A stretch of 63,926 nucleotides of DNA, filler included, from Octopus bimaculoides (GCF_001194135.2; 10 parts of 9 records of this genome joined end to end with filler, not necessarily neighbours in it); one strand, 5' to 3'. Shown: positions 38,791 through 53,087, counted from the whole stretch's first letter. Made by a program: numbers and translations. The notes: a model not told the origin generated them from the sequence alone.

Positions 38791-39619
38791 CGCACTGGCT
38801 GACGACACTATACACACATACACATATATGTATATATANNNNNNNNNNNNNNNNNNNNNNNNNNNNNNNNNNNNNNNNNNNNNNNNNNNNNNNNNNNNNN
38901 NNNNNNNNNNNNNNNNNNNNNNNNNNNNNNNNNNNNNNNNNNNNNNNNNNNNNNNNNNNNNNNNNNNNNNNNNNNNNNNNNNNNNNNNNNNNNNNNNNNN
39001 NNNNNNNNNNNNNNNNNNNNNNNNNNNNNNNNNNNNNNNNNNNNNNNNNNNNNNNNNNNNNNNNNNNNNNNNNNNNNNNNNNNNNNNNNNNNNNNNNNNN
39101 NNNNNNNNNNNNNNNNNNNNNNNNNNNNNNNNNNNNNNNNNNNNNNNNNNNNNNNNNNNNNNNNNNNNNNNNNNNNNNNNNNNNNNNNNNNNNNNNNNNN
39201 NNNNNNNNNNNNNNNNNNNNNNNNNNNNNNNNNNNTTTAAACCGTGTTGTGTGTTCAGTGTTCTTCTGGTGTGTTTTTTTTTAAAGGAAAAAGAATTTCG
39301 ACTTCACAAAGTAATCCATCATGCCGATATCAATCCCCGTTTCTAGATATTTCAAGATAACCGTTATTTAAGCCGAGGCATTAGAAGAATTTATCGAGAG
39401 ATTTGACTTATCGTTTTTTTTTAACCAACTTATCGCATTAGCTGGGTTTCGTGTTTTAGTTTTCAGCCAGCATAAAATACGTTCAGTTGAAAGAGGGAGA
39501 TAGATAGATAGATAGATAGATAGATGGATAGATGGATAGATAGAGAGAGAGGGAGTGAGGGGAAGGGAGAAAGAAACAGATGGAGAGACATAAGGAAATG
39601 TGGAGAGACTGATACGCAC

Positions 39620-39650
<31 letters not shown>

Positions 39651-39761
39651 TGTATGTATGTNNNNNNNNNNNNNNNNNNNNNNNNNNNNNNNNNNNNNNN
39701 NNNNNNNNNNNNNNNNNNNNNNNNNNNNNNNNNNNNNNNNNNNNNNNNNNNNNNNNNNNNN

Positions 39762-40026
39762 GGTTGTTTATGGAAGACCAGCAGTCACCCATGCATACAA
39801 GCCTCCCCTCTTCACGCCACTGATGTTATCCAAAGGAAAAGCAAAGGGGCCGATACAGCTTGGCACCAGTGACATCGCAATTTATTTCTACAAGTGAGTG
39901 AACTGGAGCAACGTGAAGTAAAATATCTTGCTCAAGAACGCAACTCACAGCCCGGTCCGGGAATCAAACTCGGTCCGTCATGATTATGAGCCCGGCGCTC
40001 TAACCACTGAGCCACGCGCCTTCACA
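39762..40026 (-). mobile_element. tRNA-head SINE (family D) sharing head/CORE with 2326-2585 but with a different tail
   Basis: Minus strand: gaaggcgcgtggctcagtggttagagcg...gagtttgattcccggaccggg...cacgttgctccagttcactca, then an unrelated tail. Confidence 0.8.
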
Positions 40027-40621
40027 ATTTCGCTTTAAATCTTGGTATACAAAATTCTTTCTTTGTTAGTTTCAGCTTTGCCCCGAGTATAACTCACATT
40101 CCAATCTTTCCAGTTCAAATCAAGAACAAAATCGTACGACTTATGCACGAATAAATACGGCATACATTTGTTGCTATATTTATCATAGATATCATCATGT
40201 ATTTGTATTCTAATGCTCTTTTCCGCCATTACACAAACTGACTAGAAGTGGTTCTCTGTAGTATTGTTTTCGAAATCACCTTTAAATACTTCCATTTTGT
40301 CTTGTAGGTTTTTATCCTTTCATGTCTTGACTACTTTATTCATTTCTTTGTATCGTTCCGCTTTGATAATATCAATGATGGATCGTTCAACGTATTTTCT
40401 TCTCTCTTTTCCTCTTCCTTTTCAAACTCTCTTCTCTCATTTTTGATGTTGGGTTGACCTCTTACTTACTTCTCAGTTTTCAAGATGGCAGCTTCTTTTG
40501 TGCGATTTCTTTGTTGTTTATTTGAAAAGACGTCTATACGGGGTCTTTGTCGTCTGTTTCAGTCTGGTGCAAAGGTGCACAAGTGTCTCACATCTATCTA
40601 CCTACCTACCTACCTACCTAC

Positions 40622-40675
<54 letters not shown>

Positions 40676-40715
40676 GTCTATCTATCTATCTATCTATCTA
40701 TCTATNNNNNNNNNN

Positions 40716-40751
<36 letters not shown>

Positions 40752-40752
40752 G

Positions 40753-40827
<75 letters not shown>

Positions 40828-40849
40828 GTCTCTGTCTGTCTGTCTGTGT

Positions 40850-41050
40850 TTGTAGCCCCCTCCACCATCGCGTGACAGCCGACGCTGGTATTTTTACGTC
40901 CCTGTAATCTAGCGGTTCGGCAAAAGAGGCCGATAGAATAAGTACTAGGCACGCAAAGAACAAGTCCTGGGGGTCGATTTGTTCGACTAAAGGCAGTGCT
41001 CCAGCATGGCCACAGTCAAAATGGCTGAAACAAGTAAAAGAATAAAAGGA
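40850..41050 (+). mobile_element. SINE family A, 3' half, following a (TATC)n array
   Basis: ctagcggttcggcaaaagaggccgatagaataagtactagg...ccagcatggccacagtc. Confidence 0.88.
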
Positions 41051-41232
41051 CATGTGTACATGTGTACATGTGTGTAGGTATTTTGTACATTGAAACCGAA
41101 GGCCTTTATCTATTTACTCTATTATCCTCTCTNNNNNNNNNNNNNNNNNNNNNNNNNNNNNNNNNNNNNNNNNNNNTTAATTAATTAANNNNNNNNNNNN
41201 NNNNNNNNNNNNNNNNNNNNNNNNNNNNNNNN

Positions 41233-41297
<65 letters not shown>

Positions 41298-42528
41298 CGT
41301 TTATTACATCAAAGAGTGATCGTATCCATTGAGTTTTGTTCTTAGCTGGGCTGTTTACGACTATTGGAAAGATTCAAGAGTTTATAGTTGAAATGATAAT
41401 AAGCTGACCTTAGATGTGCCGGTGTGGGTGAGGTGACAAATGTCTTTCGGAACTGTGTGCGTGTCTTTGTATACATGTGTATCTACGTGTATATGTGGGC
41501 GTGTCTACGTGTATATGGATACTTCTCACTACTGGATATACGGTGTTGGTCTACGTACGTCTCCGTAACTTAAATGTTCGGCAAAAGAGACCGATAGAGT
41601 TAATACCAGACTTACCAATACTAGGGTATATTCGATCGCCTAAACTCTTCAACCTGTCAGTGACTAAAACAAGTGAACGACTATATGTGAGTGTATCTGT
41701 ATGCTTGTGTGTGTGTGTGTACGCATTAGGTATGTATACACACGCACATACATACATGTATATATATATATATACATGCACACACATGTATATATGTGCA
41801 AGATTCAGTTTTATTTCATCTGTATTATTGATCAGATAATATTATTTCAATAGACAATATTAGAAACTTCCTAAACTTCCTACCTTCTATATCTTCACAA
41901 ATAGCTTTCTTACTCCACCCATCATCTTCTCTCTACCACTTCAACTCAACCTACTTTCTTCTCCTCACGCTATACTCACCTCTTCCCCCTCCTCCGTGTA
42001 TTATCTCACATCTTCATTGTCTTCTTATTTTGCTATCATTTTTTAAATTTTTTTACTTTTATTTCTCTGAAAGCAAATATAATTACGTAAAAAAAAATAT
42101 TGTAAGCAAAAATATCTGATAAATTTGTTTTAACGTTCATTTTATTGAAATATTCCACTGACGAGTCATCTTCAATGTTCAGTTTCAAAATCTATATATG
42201 CATTCCAAACTTTAAACAAAAATTCGTTTTACTTTATTACTGTTTTTTGTTACTTTTTTGATATTATTTTCTTTTCGCAGACGACAATATGGCTGCGATA
42301 CTGAGACGTTACTTTCTATTGCCTTTCAAATATGGCTTATTAATTTTCCAAAATGCTAATTCTTCCTTTCATATCTCTCGTTCATTTGTTCTCTATTACG
42401 CACTTATTTTCTGACTTTTTTTTTTTTAATTTTCATATTTTTCCATCTTTTCGCTTTTCTTCTTAAATTTCTATCATTCTTTCTCATTTCTTTTCTTCGT
42501 CTCAGTAACGTCATATTTCGCCATTCAA

Positions 42529-42680
<152 letters not shown>

Positions 42681-42845
42681 ATATATACGCACAGTCTATT
42701 TCTTTCTCTCTTTGTATATATGTGCATATGTGTATGTGTGTACACAGAGAAAGAAAACACGCACACACATGTATATATGCATGCATATATGTGTGTGTGC
42801 ATATATATACATTTGTGTGTGTGAAAGTTGCGTAAGTAATGTATG

Positions 42846-42903
<58 letters not shown>

Positions 42904-43339
42904 CTTATATACACATACATCACTTATGCAACTAACACACACACACGTTCAAATATGATCTAATGTTACAAACCAGCTATTTTAAAGATAGCGACTCGGC
43001 AGTGATAGGCTTTTCATTACCAGTTAGTGAACTGAATCGAAAAAGAAACCTGTACACATTCGTATGAATTGTCAGAAATAGCAACCAGATTCTTCCAAAT
43101 CATATCATTGAGCGAGTTTTCCCAAGCTGTACTTCTTTCTTTGTCATCTTTGTTATCTACTATCATAGATGATGTTGTTACTCTTGAAAGTTTTCTTTAA
43201 GTTCCCCTTAATGGCGTTCAATCCGGTCGTTAACAAAGGGACAAGAGTATTGTCACTTGTTCCCGCTGTTTGTAAATATGTAGTTGAGCTGGTGTGTTGG
43301 TTGAGCTGTCGTTGCACATACCCGAGTGTCTGCATCTAT

Positions 43340-44200
43340 TCATGTAAAGAATCTCAGATGGAGAATCTTTGGAATGTCTCACAAATCTTCACTGTGCCGC
43401 TTAATAGATTGGATTTGGAGAATGTACCTCAGTTTGTTTTGTTCTTTCTGCCAAAGCGTATTATTGCTAGGTTTTTATGTAAATTTGTGGGTACATTACT
43501 TAATGCCCCTATAACGATAGGTACAAATGCGAATTTATAGCCAGTGTTCAAGGGCTGTAAGCTTTGCATCAATTCCCCCTAATGTTCTCTTTTTATTGGA
43601 TTTTCTATGGTACATTCACATCCACTTGGCGGCTGACATTTACAACAGTGCATAACGTTTTGTTTCCTGTCAATATCATTTCTATTATGTCTGCACCGAA
43701 TTGTTGTTTGTTTTGGTTCTAACATGCCTTTGATGCATACGTCAGGGCTGCAGATAGTGTTGCAAATAGTCTTTGCAACTATATCATTCCTCGGGGGCAG
43801 ATAGTATTCCGTAGACATTTTGGGGTAGCTGTTGAAGAAGTAGGTGATATATTTCACACTGGTATAGCAGAGCCGACATTTTCTATCACAACGTGGAGGT
43901 TTGGTGGTATCTTTGTCTCTCTTGTCTATCCGGTATCTAATAGCTAACTCCTGTTCCAGAATAATGAAGGCGTATTCTTCCAGGTCGAATATAATGTATC
44001 TGTCACAGGTCTAGGAGAGGCTACTCCATCTATCAATACTGTTGTTATCCTCTAGCTTACGAGATATGTACCCATGCATTGACTATTGCTGGTATGATGC
44101 CTACTTCTCCTCCAAGCTTCTGTTTAGATAGGCCAGTCCAGCCTAATTTGGGTTGCATGAGAAAGCTGTATTCTCAGAGTACCTACCCTGTAGTTCTTTT
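43340..44200 (-). mobile_element. R4/Dong-clade LINE 3' remnant (CCHC knuckle plus RLE C-terminus)
   Basis: Minus frames give EEYAFIILEQEL...RKCRLCYTSVKYITYFFNSYPKMSTEYYLPPRNDIVAKTI and FVPIVIGALSNVP...LLSGTVKICETF. Confidence 0.75.
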
Positions 44201-44670
44201 CCAACTCTGAGAATGTTGTTGCTCTCATTTTTGAGTATGTAATATACTCAATACTTTACTTTTCAACAGGTGTTGTCGGAGTAACACAGTGCGACATTTA
44301 AAGGCTGTCTGGACTGACCTTACGCATTAGCTGTCATATCTTTGTCACACATAGATCCTATTAATGATACCTCCTCAGTGCTCGCAGCGAAAACCACAAA
44401 GCTTGGTGAGGTGCTTGTCATATTATATACTGCATACTATATATTATATATGCATGTGTGTATGTCAATATTCATATATACCAATTATGGTTTCTGCATA
44501 TTATAATTACTGTAATGTAGTTGCAATTCTGCACGCTACGCTATCCGGGGATGGTGGGTGGCCCTCGTTCAACCGTGTAGGGTATAGGAACGTAGTGCTG
44601 AATATTCTAGCAAACTCGAACCTGTGATTGAGCCTCTCACGCCTTGTAATGTATTTTTTACTGCTCCATA

Positions 44671-44702
<32 letters not shown>

Positions 44703-45500
44703 CTTGAGCATAACCCTATGAACAAGAAAAAATAAAAATAAAACAAAAAGGCAAAAGAGAGTCACTTACTGTTATAGTTTCTTCAATGAGAATATTGACC
44801 AAGGTTACCGTGGTCTTTTCCGTGGGCTTTTCCTTCCACGGCTAAACCTAAACTGTCCTCCCCTCTTTTTACACGAGAACATTACTGTGTGATACACGAT
44901 CCCTATTGATCGGCCTTTCCTTTTCTTTTTTTTCGATCCCTTTTGATCGAACTGCCCCTTTTTCCCTTCCTNNNNNNNNNNNNNNNNNNNNNNNNNNNNN
45001 NNNNNNNNNNNNNNNNNNNNNNNNNNNNNNNNNNNNNNNNNNNNNNNNNNNNNNNNNNNNNNNNNNNNNNNNNNNNNNNNNNNNNNNNNNNNNNNNNNNN
45101 NNNNNNNNNNNNNNNNNNNNNNNNNNNNNNNNNNNNNNNNNNNNNNNNNNNNNNNNNNNNNNNNNNNNNNNNNNNNNNNNNNNNNNNNNNNNNNNNNNNN
45201 NNNNNNNNNNNNNNNNNNNNNNNNNNNNNNNNNNNNNNNNNNNNNNNNNNNNNNNNNNNNNNNNNNNNNNNNNNNNNNNNNNNNNNNNNNNNNNNNNNNN
45301 NNNNNNNNNNNNNNNNNNNNNNNNNNNNNNNNNNNNNNNNNNNNNNNNNNNNNNNNNNNNNNNNNNNNNNNNNNNNNNNNNNNNNNNNNNNNNNNNNNNN
45401 NNNNNNNNNNNNNNNNNNNNNNNNNNNNNNNNNNNNNNNNNNNNNNNNNNNNNNNNNNNNNNNNNNNNNNNNNNNNNNNNNNNNNNNNNNNNNNNNNNNN

Positions 45501-45531
<31 letters not shown>

Positions 45532-46069
45532 CATACATATATATAATATATACATACGTACATACATACATGCACGCGCACACACACACACTTATATATT
45601 GAACAGGAGCACGAGTGCCGCGAATGAGAGAGGGAGAGAGGCAGAGAAAGAGAGAGAGAGAACGAGAGAGAGAAAGAGAAACAAAGGCAGAGAGAATAAA
45701 TACAATGGAAAGACAAACCAAGCGCGAAAAAGACAAAAAACACAACATTGTGTCTTTATTAAGCAGCTACTTGAAAAGTAATAAAGGAAGAGTTATTGCT
45801 GTATGTATATGCGTGTGTATATGTGTGTGTATAATTAAATAATATATGCACTCCCATTCATATTACAAGGAGCATTATGAAGTGTATATAAATTACATAA
45901 AAGTGAACTCTGAATAGTCCTCTCAGTTTCTCTGGGTACGACATCTAGACTGAAAGCTCTTCATTGACAATATACGTATGATATTATTATTGTGGGCAAT
46001 GGGTGCATGTTTGTCTGCGGGGGTATGAGTGTATGGTGTGTGGTGTGCGTGTAAGTGTTTATGCACCTG

Positions 46070-46111
<42 letters not shown>

Positions 46112-46542
46112 AGTGTGTGTGTATGATATGAATCGTAGTGACAAACTCCGAATCTGGTTTTCTTCCNNNNNNNNNNNNNNNNNNNNNNNNNNNNNNNNNN
46201 NNNNNNNNNNNNNNNNNNNNNNNNNNNNNNNNNNNNNNNNNNNNNNNNNNNNNNNNNNNNNNNNNNNNNNNNNNNNNNNNNNNNNNNNNNNNNNNNNNNN
46301 NNNNNNNNNNNNNNNNNNNNNNNNNNNNNNNNNNNNNNNNNNNNNNNNNNNNNNNNNNNNNNNNNNNNNNNNNNNNNNNNNNNNNNNNNNNNNNNNNNNN
46401 NNNNNNNNNNNNNNNNNNNNNNNNNNNNNNNNNNNNNNNNNNNNNNNNNNNNNNNNNNNNNNNNNNNNNNNNNNNNNNNNNNNNNNNNNNNNNNNNNNNN
46501 NNNNNNNNNNNNNNNNNNNNNNNNNNNNNNNNNNNNNNNNNN

Positions 46543-46611
<69 letters not shown>

Positions 46612-47086
46612 CGTGCACTCGTGTATATATATTCTATGTGGACACTATATTCTCTATACTCGTGTGTGTGTTGAAACTATATTTTCTCTCTACTTTTATA
46701 GATAAAATAGACACCAGCGATGCTTTGCCCTGAGCGGAAACTGCAGGAGCTACTCTGAGATATTGCAAGTTCTTCTTATGGTGACACAATCTATTGCTTG
46801 CAATGCTGGAAACTCTGTTCTTTCTTCCGGAAGTATATTAGGGTCAGTAGCATTTTGCCTCTTAGCTTGTCCTCTTCACCTGCTTGGGGTGCGAGGATTA
46901 AATTAACCATCCTCTGCAGAAGTGTTCCATCTGTTGTTGATCACAACTACATTGAACCAGTCTCAACTGCCATGTTTATCTTTTTGTTGGCTTTCTGCAG
47001 TTATTTGGGTTACGTGAACACTATATATTTTCTCCGTTTGCATATATAACTATATAGAGACTACATATTCTTTCTGTTGACATCTA

Positions 47087-47303
47087 CTAGGTAGTACTGA
47101 AAAGTTCCTGGCTTTTGGTAAAAGAAAATACAGGAGGATCTATTAATTACGATTTTATCCAACATACTCTCCTCGCAGTTTCATACTCTTATTGTAGAGG
47201 TCCTTCAGTTTTTCTAAGCCCTGTAAAAGAACTCGGAAGTTTGGGCCTTCAACCAGGCCTTTCGCGATATTCTAAAAGCCAGAAACTTTTCAGCAACCCC
47301 TCG
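47087..47303. mobile_element. Mariner-derived MITE flanked by TA
   Basis: Left TA|ctaggtagtactgaaaagttcctggcttt versus right aaagccagaaacttttcagcaacccctcg|TA. Confidence 0.75.
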
Positions 47304-47794
47304 TATATCAAAGTAGACACTGTATTTTCACTCTCCTTACACATACATGTATGCAGATACTATACATTTTATGTTCACATATCTATCTAAGCAGACACAT
47401 GCGTAAGTTCGTTCGTCGGAGCGACAAGAACTGTGTAGTCATCTCTAGGACGACTGATATCTTGCGCGGCGATTTTGTTTAAAGGGAAGAAAAGATGCAC
47501 ATTTCAACCCCACTTTCTCAATAGTGAGCATATTCAAAATGTTGGTAAGACCAGGTTAAGACGACTGGGGATGGAGATGGATGCAGTAGATAAAAAAAAT
47601 GTCTTACGTACCTCATCTTCCTTCCAATACCTCACAAAACACTGCTGTTGCTGCCTTCAACAAACCCGTCGAACCATGAAGGTTTCTTCCGCTGGAGCGA
47701 CTCCCCACAGTATGCAAACCCTGTTTACGTAGACACTTTCTATTTTCACTCAGTTTACACATATCTTTTACCTCTTGCCTTTTTGTTTGTTTCC

Positions 47795-47990
47795 GTCGTT
47801 AGACCACGGTCATGCTGGGGCACCACCTTAAAGGGCTTTAGTCGAACAAATAGACCCCAGTACTTATTTTTGCAAACCTAGTACTTACTCGATCAGTCTC
47901 TTTTACCCAACCGCTAATTTATGGGGACGTAAACGCACCAACAACGATTTCAAGCGGTGGTAGGGCACAAACACAGATGCAAAGCAACAC
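47795..47990 (-). mobile_element. SINE family A, 3' half
   Basis: gaccacggtcatgctggggcaccacc...cctagtacttactcgatcagtctc...accgctaatttatggggacgtaaac. Confidence 0.85.
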
Positions 47991-48012
47991 AAGCACATAG
48001 ATACATACACAC

Positions 48013-48045
<33 letters not shown>

Positions 48046-48301
48046 TNNNNNNNNNNNNNNNNNNNNNNNNNNNNNNNNNNNNNNNNNNNNNNNNNNNNNN
48101 NNNNNNNNNNNNNNNNNNNNNNNNNNNNNNNNNNNNNNNNNNNNNNNNNNNATTATTATTTTCTTGTCTACGTTTTGTTTGCAATGTCCTGTACCCAGAT
48201 ATGCACCTATATATACAGGTAAACGTAGGTATGCACATACCTGTACGTATATATGCATATACTCATTTATTATTTGCTATATATATATATATACATACAT
48301 A

Positions 48302-48349
<48 letters not shown>

Positions 48350-50313
48350 AGTGTGTATCAGTGGCGACTCGGGCTGTTTGGGCTTAGCCTTAGTATAAAT
48401 TTAGTAAAGTGATCGTGTATTTGCAAGCTCATTTAATTTCTGCCATCACTGACTTCAAGTATGTAATTGTAGCCAATAACTCGGGATTCTTTTATTGAGC
48501 CTCGACGCAGTTCATTTATCTTCGTTCAGCGTCTGGCGGTCGTCTTAGAGGTGCCCTGTGTCAGAAAATATCATTCCTAGCAGACGTTCTCTCGACATAA
48601 TTCATACACGCCTGACTCGGGCTCAGAAGTTACAGCCCGAGTTGTTATCTATAATCGTAAAAATTTTAAATAATTCAAATTCGATGTTTTCTTGAAACAA
48701 TAAATTTCTATTGAGATCAGAGTGTAAATTCCAATCTATGAAAAGTTTCCGTTCTACAATATTCTTAAAGGAACGAAAAATTATCCAGCAACTCGGGCCA
48801 ATACGAACGAGCCTGGTAGATGTAAAAGTCTAACTGGCATCTCTTGTCAAGAGTACAGGCAACAGTCAGATCGCTAATGTTTGTTGTGCATTCAAATGAT
48901 TGCTGTTATTCTGTGCGTCTGTGTGTAAAGATCAACTGTGTTTTGTAGGGTTGCTCAACTTAGAATTGGAGAAAGACATAGTGCTAGATATAAAAAGTAA
49001 GCCATTTGGGGATAGAAATAATGCGGAAAAACGTGAAATTCTTCGAACTGGCATGTGTATTATACGAAATCCGTGATGAACCTGAATGACGCTGGTGACC
49101 TGGAGTCGCCTCTGGTATATATACGTAAATATCGAACAGAGAGAATAGGTGCTCAACATCGCATTGTTGGATAAAGATCCTTTTTTTGTGTATCAAAATT
49201 ACTACCGGTTTCATATTACGAAATATCTTACCAACTATTCAAGACAATCATATAGAAAAATTGGTATTCGTCTCCATTTTAGATCGTGTTCTAACCCAAA
49301 ATGGTGACGAACACCAATCTTTCTATGAGATTGGCTTCAATAACTATTGAGATATTTCTTAACATGAAACCAATGGTAATCTTAATACACAAATAAAGTA
49401 TATATATATATATATATNNNNNNNNNNNNNNNNNNNNNNNNNNNNNNNNNNNNNNNNNNNNTTAATTAATTAANNNNNNNNNNNNNNNNNNNNNNNNNNN
49501 NNNNNNNNNNNNNNNNNTAATCGCGAGTCCCCTGCCCTAACCACTAGGCCATTGCGCCTCCACTGTATCTACTATAAATCGCAGCCAAATCTCCCTGGTT
49601 TCTCAATCCTCACGAACGCACAAATCATTGAAGAGCTTTTGTACGGTTTGTCGATGTGCTAGAAACAACTGCAAAATCTTCTTCCATTCACGTCATTCCG
49701 TTTGTAAACTAGATACATTGCATCATGTAGTTTTGAATATACAAAAATTGGATTGGTCATTGTTGGCTTGCTTTGGTCTAAACGACTGCTCATTAAGATC
49801 AGACCTCGGTGATTCTTGGAAAATCATACAGGACAATATGATTCTCAATATACTATATCTATCAAACAAAGATGAGACTGGCACGATTGGAATGATTTTT
49901 GACCATAGAGTTGCTTAATAAAAGTTTCTTCTCCCTTCCTCTTTCCATGCCTTATGCTTACTAGCGACGAAATTCATAGACCACGGATCCAATATCTGAA
50001 GTCAATGATTTTTCTTGAGACAGACATAGTAACGGTTTCCCTTCGCCTTCTGTTGGATCAGCAAAAGAGATTCTGCTAGTCCTTTACTCTTGATGCAGAA
50101 GGCCTATTTAACTCTTAGACTATCTGACTGGTTCACATTATACCAGAGTATGTTCTTAAACTGAGTGGAGGCCTGTGTGATACATATGTGTGGGCAGCTC
50201 TCCTCCCAATTCTCTAAGCGTTAACCAACGGACAATCTTCTGCTATTTGATACATAACATGAGCCATCGATAAGTGCTATCATGCTGGGCTTGAGACAAG
50301 ATAGAGAGAAAAT

Positions 50314-50368
<55 letters not shown>

Positions 50369-50781
50369 ACACTTCTCAAAATTCATCGACTCCCTAGCAG
50401 GTAGCTCGTCTCCAGATATAGATTAATGTCTTGACTACGACAGAGGCTAAACAACAATAACATCGACAGCAACAGCAGCCCTTATCTTTGGAACTCTTTC
50501 TCTCATGCTTTAAGTTATTTGCTAGCTAGCTGGAAAAGAGCTACCATCCTTCCTTGATATGCCTCTTGATATTGTTATATTATTATTCTTCGGGACGGCC
50601 ATTTTTGTCTTGCCAAATAAATACACACGCACACTATATATTCGTTCTTCACTTGTCTATTATTCCTCTTAATTTATCATATGTCCATTGTCTTTAAATC
50701 TTTCGTCACACACCTGTGACCTCTTCAGCGACACTTCCATCCCACGTGTCTCTTCCTCGTCTATTTAGTCCATTCTGTCTT

Positions 50782-50819
<38 letters not shown>

Positions 50820-51084
50820 AGTGGAGTGAGAGAGGGAGAGAGAGAGAGAAAGAGAGAGAACTAGAGGTAGAGAGAAGAAGAGAGAATGATTAGACTAGCT
50901 GATCTCATCTTACATTTAGTTTGGTTGAGTGGCTGAGTGGAGTGTGGAGAGCAGCTATTTTAAGGGGTGTAGGTGTAAAGGGCAATGCAGTACCAGTAAA
51001 AAACACAAAATGAGGGGACCACATATCTTGGGCATCGGGCTTTCATGAAAATATCGCTACGATACTCAATACTGAGTTACAGAC

Positions 51085-51385
51085 ACAGGCATGGCTGTTT
51101 GGTGTGACGTTTGCTTCTCAACCACGTGGATGGACCCGAGTTCAATCCCACTGCATGGCACCTTGGGCATGTGTCTTCTGCTATAGCCTCGGGCCGACCA
51201 AACCTTGTTGAGTGGGTTTGATAGACGGAAACTGAAAGAAGCCCGTCGTATACACACACACACAATATGTGCGTGTCTTTGTGTATGTGTGCGTGTGCTT
51301 GTTTTTTTATTTGTCTCTGTCCCCACTCTCGCATCGCTTAACAACTGGTGTTAGTGTGTTTACGTTCAGCCTAATGACTGAAACA
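51085..51385 (+). mobile_element. SINE family A, 5' half with internally deleted 3' part
   Basis: caggcatggctgtttgg...gcaccttgggcatgtgtcttc...gaaagaagcccgtcgta. Confidence 0.85.
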
Positions 51386-51607
51386 AGTAAAACAAAAAGA
51401 AAATTACCTTCATAACCCGACTCCATAATNNNNNNNNNNNNNNNNNNNNNNNNNNNNNNNNNNNNNNNNNNNNNNNNNNNNNNNNNNNNNNNNNNNNNNN
51501 NNNNNNNNNNNNNNNNNNNNNNNNNNNNNNNNNNNNNNNNNNNNNNNNNNNNNNNNNNNNNNNNNNNNNNNNNNNNNNNNNNNNNNNNNNNNNNNNNNNN
51601 NNNNNNN

Positions 51608-51686
<79 letters not shown>

Positions 51687-51689
51687 TTG

Positions 51690-51930
51690 TAAATATGTGT
51701 GTCTTTGTGCCTGTTTTTGTCCCCCACCACCCATCACTGTTTGGCAACACGTGCTGGTGTGTTTACATTCACCTAACATAGCGGTTCGGTATTCGAGACC
51801 GATAAAATAAGTACTAGACTTAAGAAATAAGTCCTGGGGTCGATGTGTTCGACTAAAAGAATAAAAACCCTTCAAGGCCATGCTCCAGCATGGCCGCAGT
51901 CATATGCCTGAAACAGGTAAAAGAATAACA
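51690..51930 (+). mobile_element. SINE family A, 3' half
   Basis: gcggttcggtattcgagaccgataaaataagtactag...ctccagcatggccgcagtc. Confidence 0.85.
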
Positions 51931-52402
51931 ATAAAGAATATCATATCACCGACGCTAGAAAATGAAGTGACTAAGACTTTTGTGAAACGCATGAACACCC
52001 CATAATCACATTTAACACTTCACACATATTCAACAAATTCGAACCGCTCAGATTTTATAATAAATTTTTGTTTGTACCTTCACCTAGCGTTATAATCCAA
52101 ATGGAAAACGTTAGGGTGTTATTTTATTTCCAACGATATAATCTTTCTATGTGATCGATCAATACCGTATTGACCAGACATGAACTGGTGACATTTAAGA
52201 CCACAGGGGTCAGTTCCCACAACAGACCAAAGCATGACCCTAATTTCACTTATTTCGGAGATGCTTTCATCTTTTCACAACCAGTTACAACATCAATCGG
52301 TTCGCTTTAATTTCATTATAGTTTCACGTCGGTGTCGGGCGTTTTCTAAGTTATAGATTGTTGGCCTTTTTGGCCTTATTGCAGCAGCAGCAGCAACAGT
52401 AA

Positions 52403-52451
<49 letters not shown>

Positions 52452-52803
52452 TGTTGTTGTTGTTGTTGTTGCAGCCGTTGTTATCGATCTAACGGCGTAA
52501 TTGCTGTAGTTACAAATATTCTTCCTCTGTGTTGTTTCTATAATTTTCCCTGCTGATATTCTGCTTACTTGCAACTGTTTGAACATTTACGTATTTGTGT
52601 TGTTGTTAACGATGTTGTTGCGAGCTGCTGGTAGAATGGTTAGCGCGACGAACAAAAAGCTTTGCGGCATTTCTTCTCGCTCTTTGTGCTCTGAGTTCAA
52701 CACCTAGCGAGCTTTCGGATGTAACCGACTACCCCCGCATCCAGCTAAAATCGCTGGCGTTGTGCCACAATTTGAAAATATTAATGACTTGCAACCATAA
52801 TAT

Positions 52804-53087
52804 TTTATTTATGCGCCCTTTTTAAAGCCTAGCCAGGTTCATGGGTCCGGTTTCCCGGTTTCTATGGCGCATGTGTGTCCTCCCCCCACCCAGCTGGATG
52901 GGACGCCAGTCCATCGCAGCTTTACTCAAAAAACAGGAAGAAAGAGTGAGAGAAAGTTGGGGCGGAGCCTCGTGGAGCTTTATGTGTTTTCGCTCAATAA
53001 ACACACACAACGCCCGGTCTGGGAATCGAAACCGCGATCCTCCGACCGAGAGTCCGCTACTCTAACCACTGGGCCATTGTGCCTCCA
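52804..53087 (-). mobile_element. Chimeric SINE: family B head/body joined to a Nin/V-like tail, 10-bp TSD
   Basis: Matches 54193ff up to ctctcactctttcttcctgt, then switches to ctgcgatggactggcgtcccatccag...gaaaccgg. TSD accataatat at 52794-52803 and 53088-53097. Confidence 0.85.

Noticed and set aside
39955-40026. tRNA genes at SINE heads (also 3708, 6418, 53000-53087, 54193)
   Set aside because: A/B boxes are present, but there is no complete cloverleaf or acceptor stem, and each continues into a SINE body.
42275-42320. CAGACGA...GAGA CGTTA as another hammerhead copy
   Set aside because: Both core halves deviate and stem I does not pair. It is at best an unrecognisable relic.
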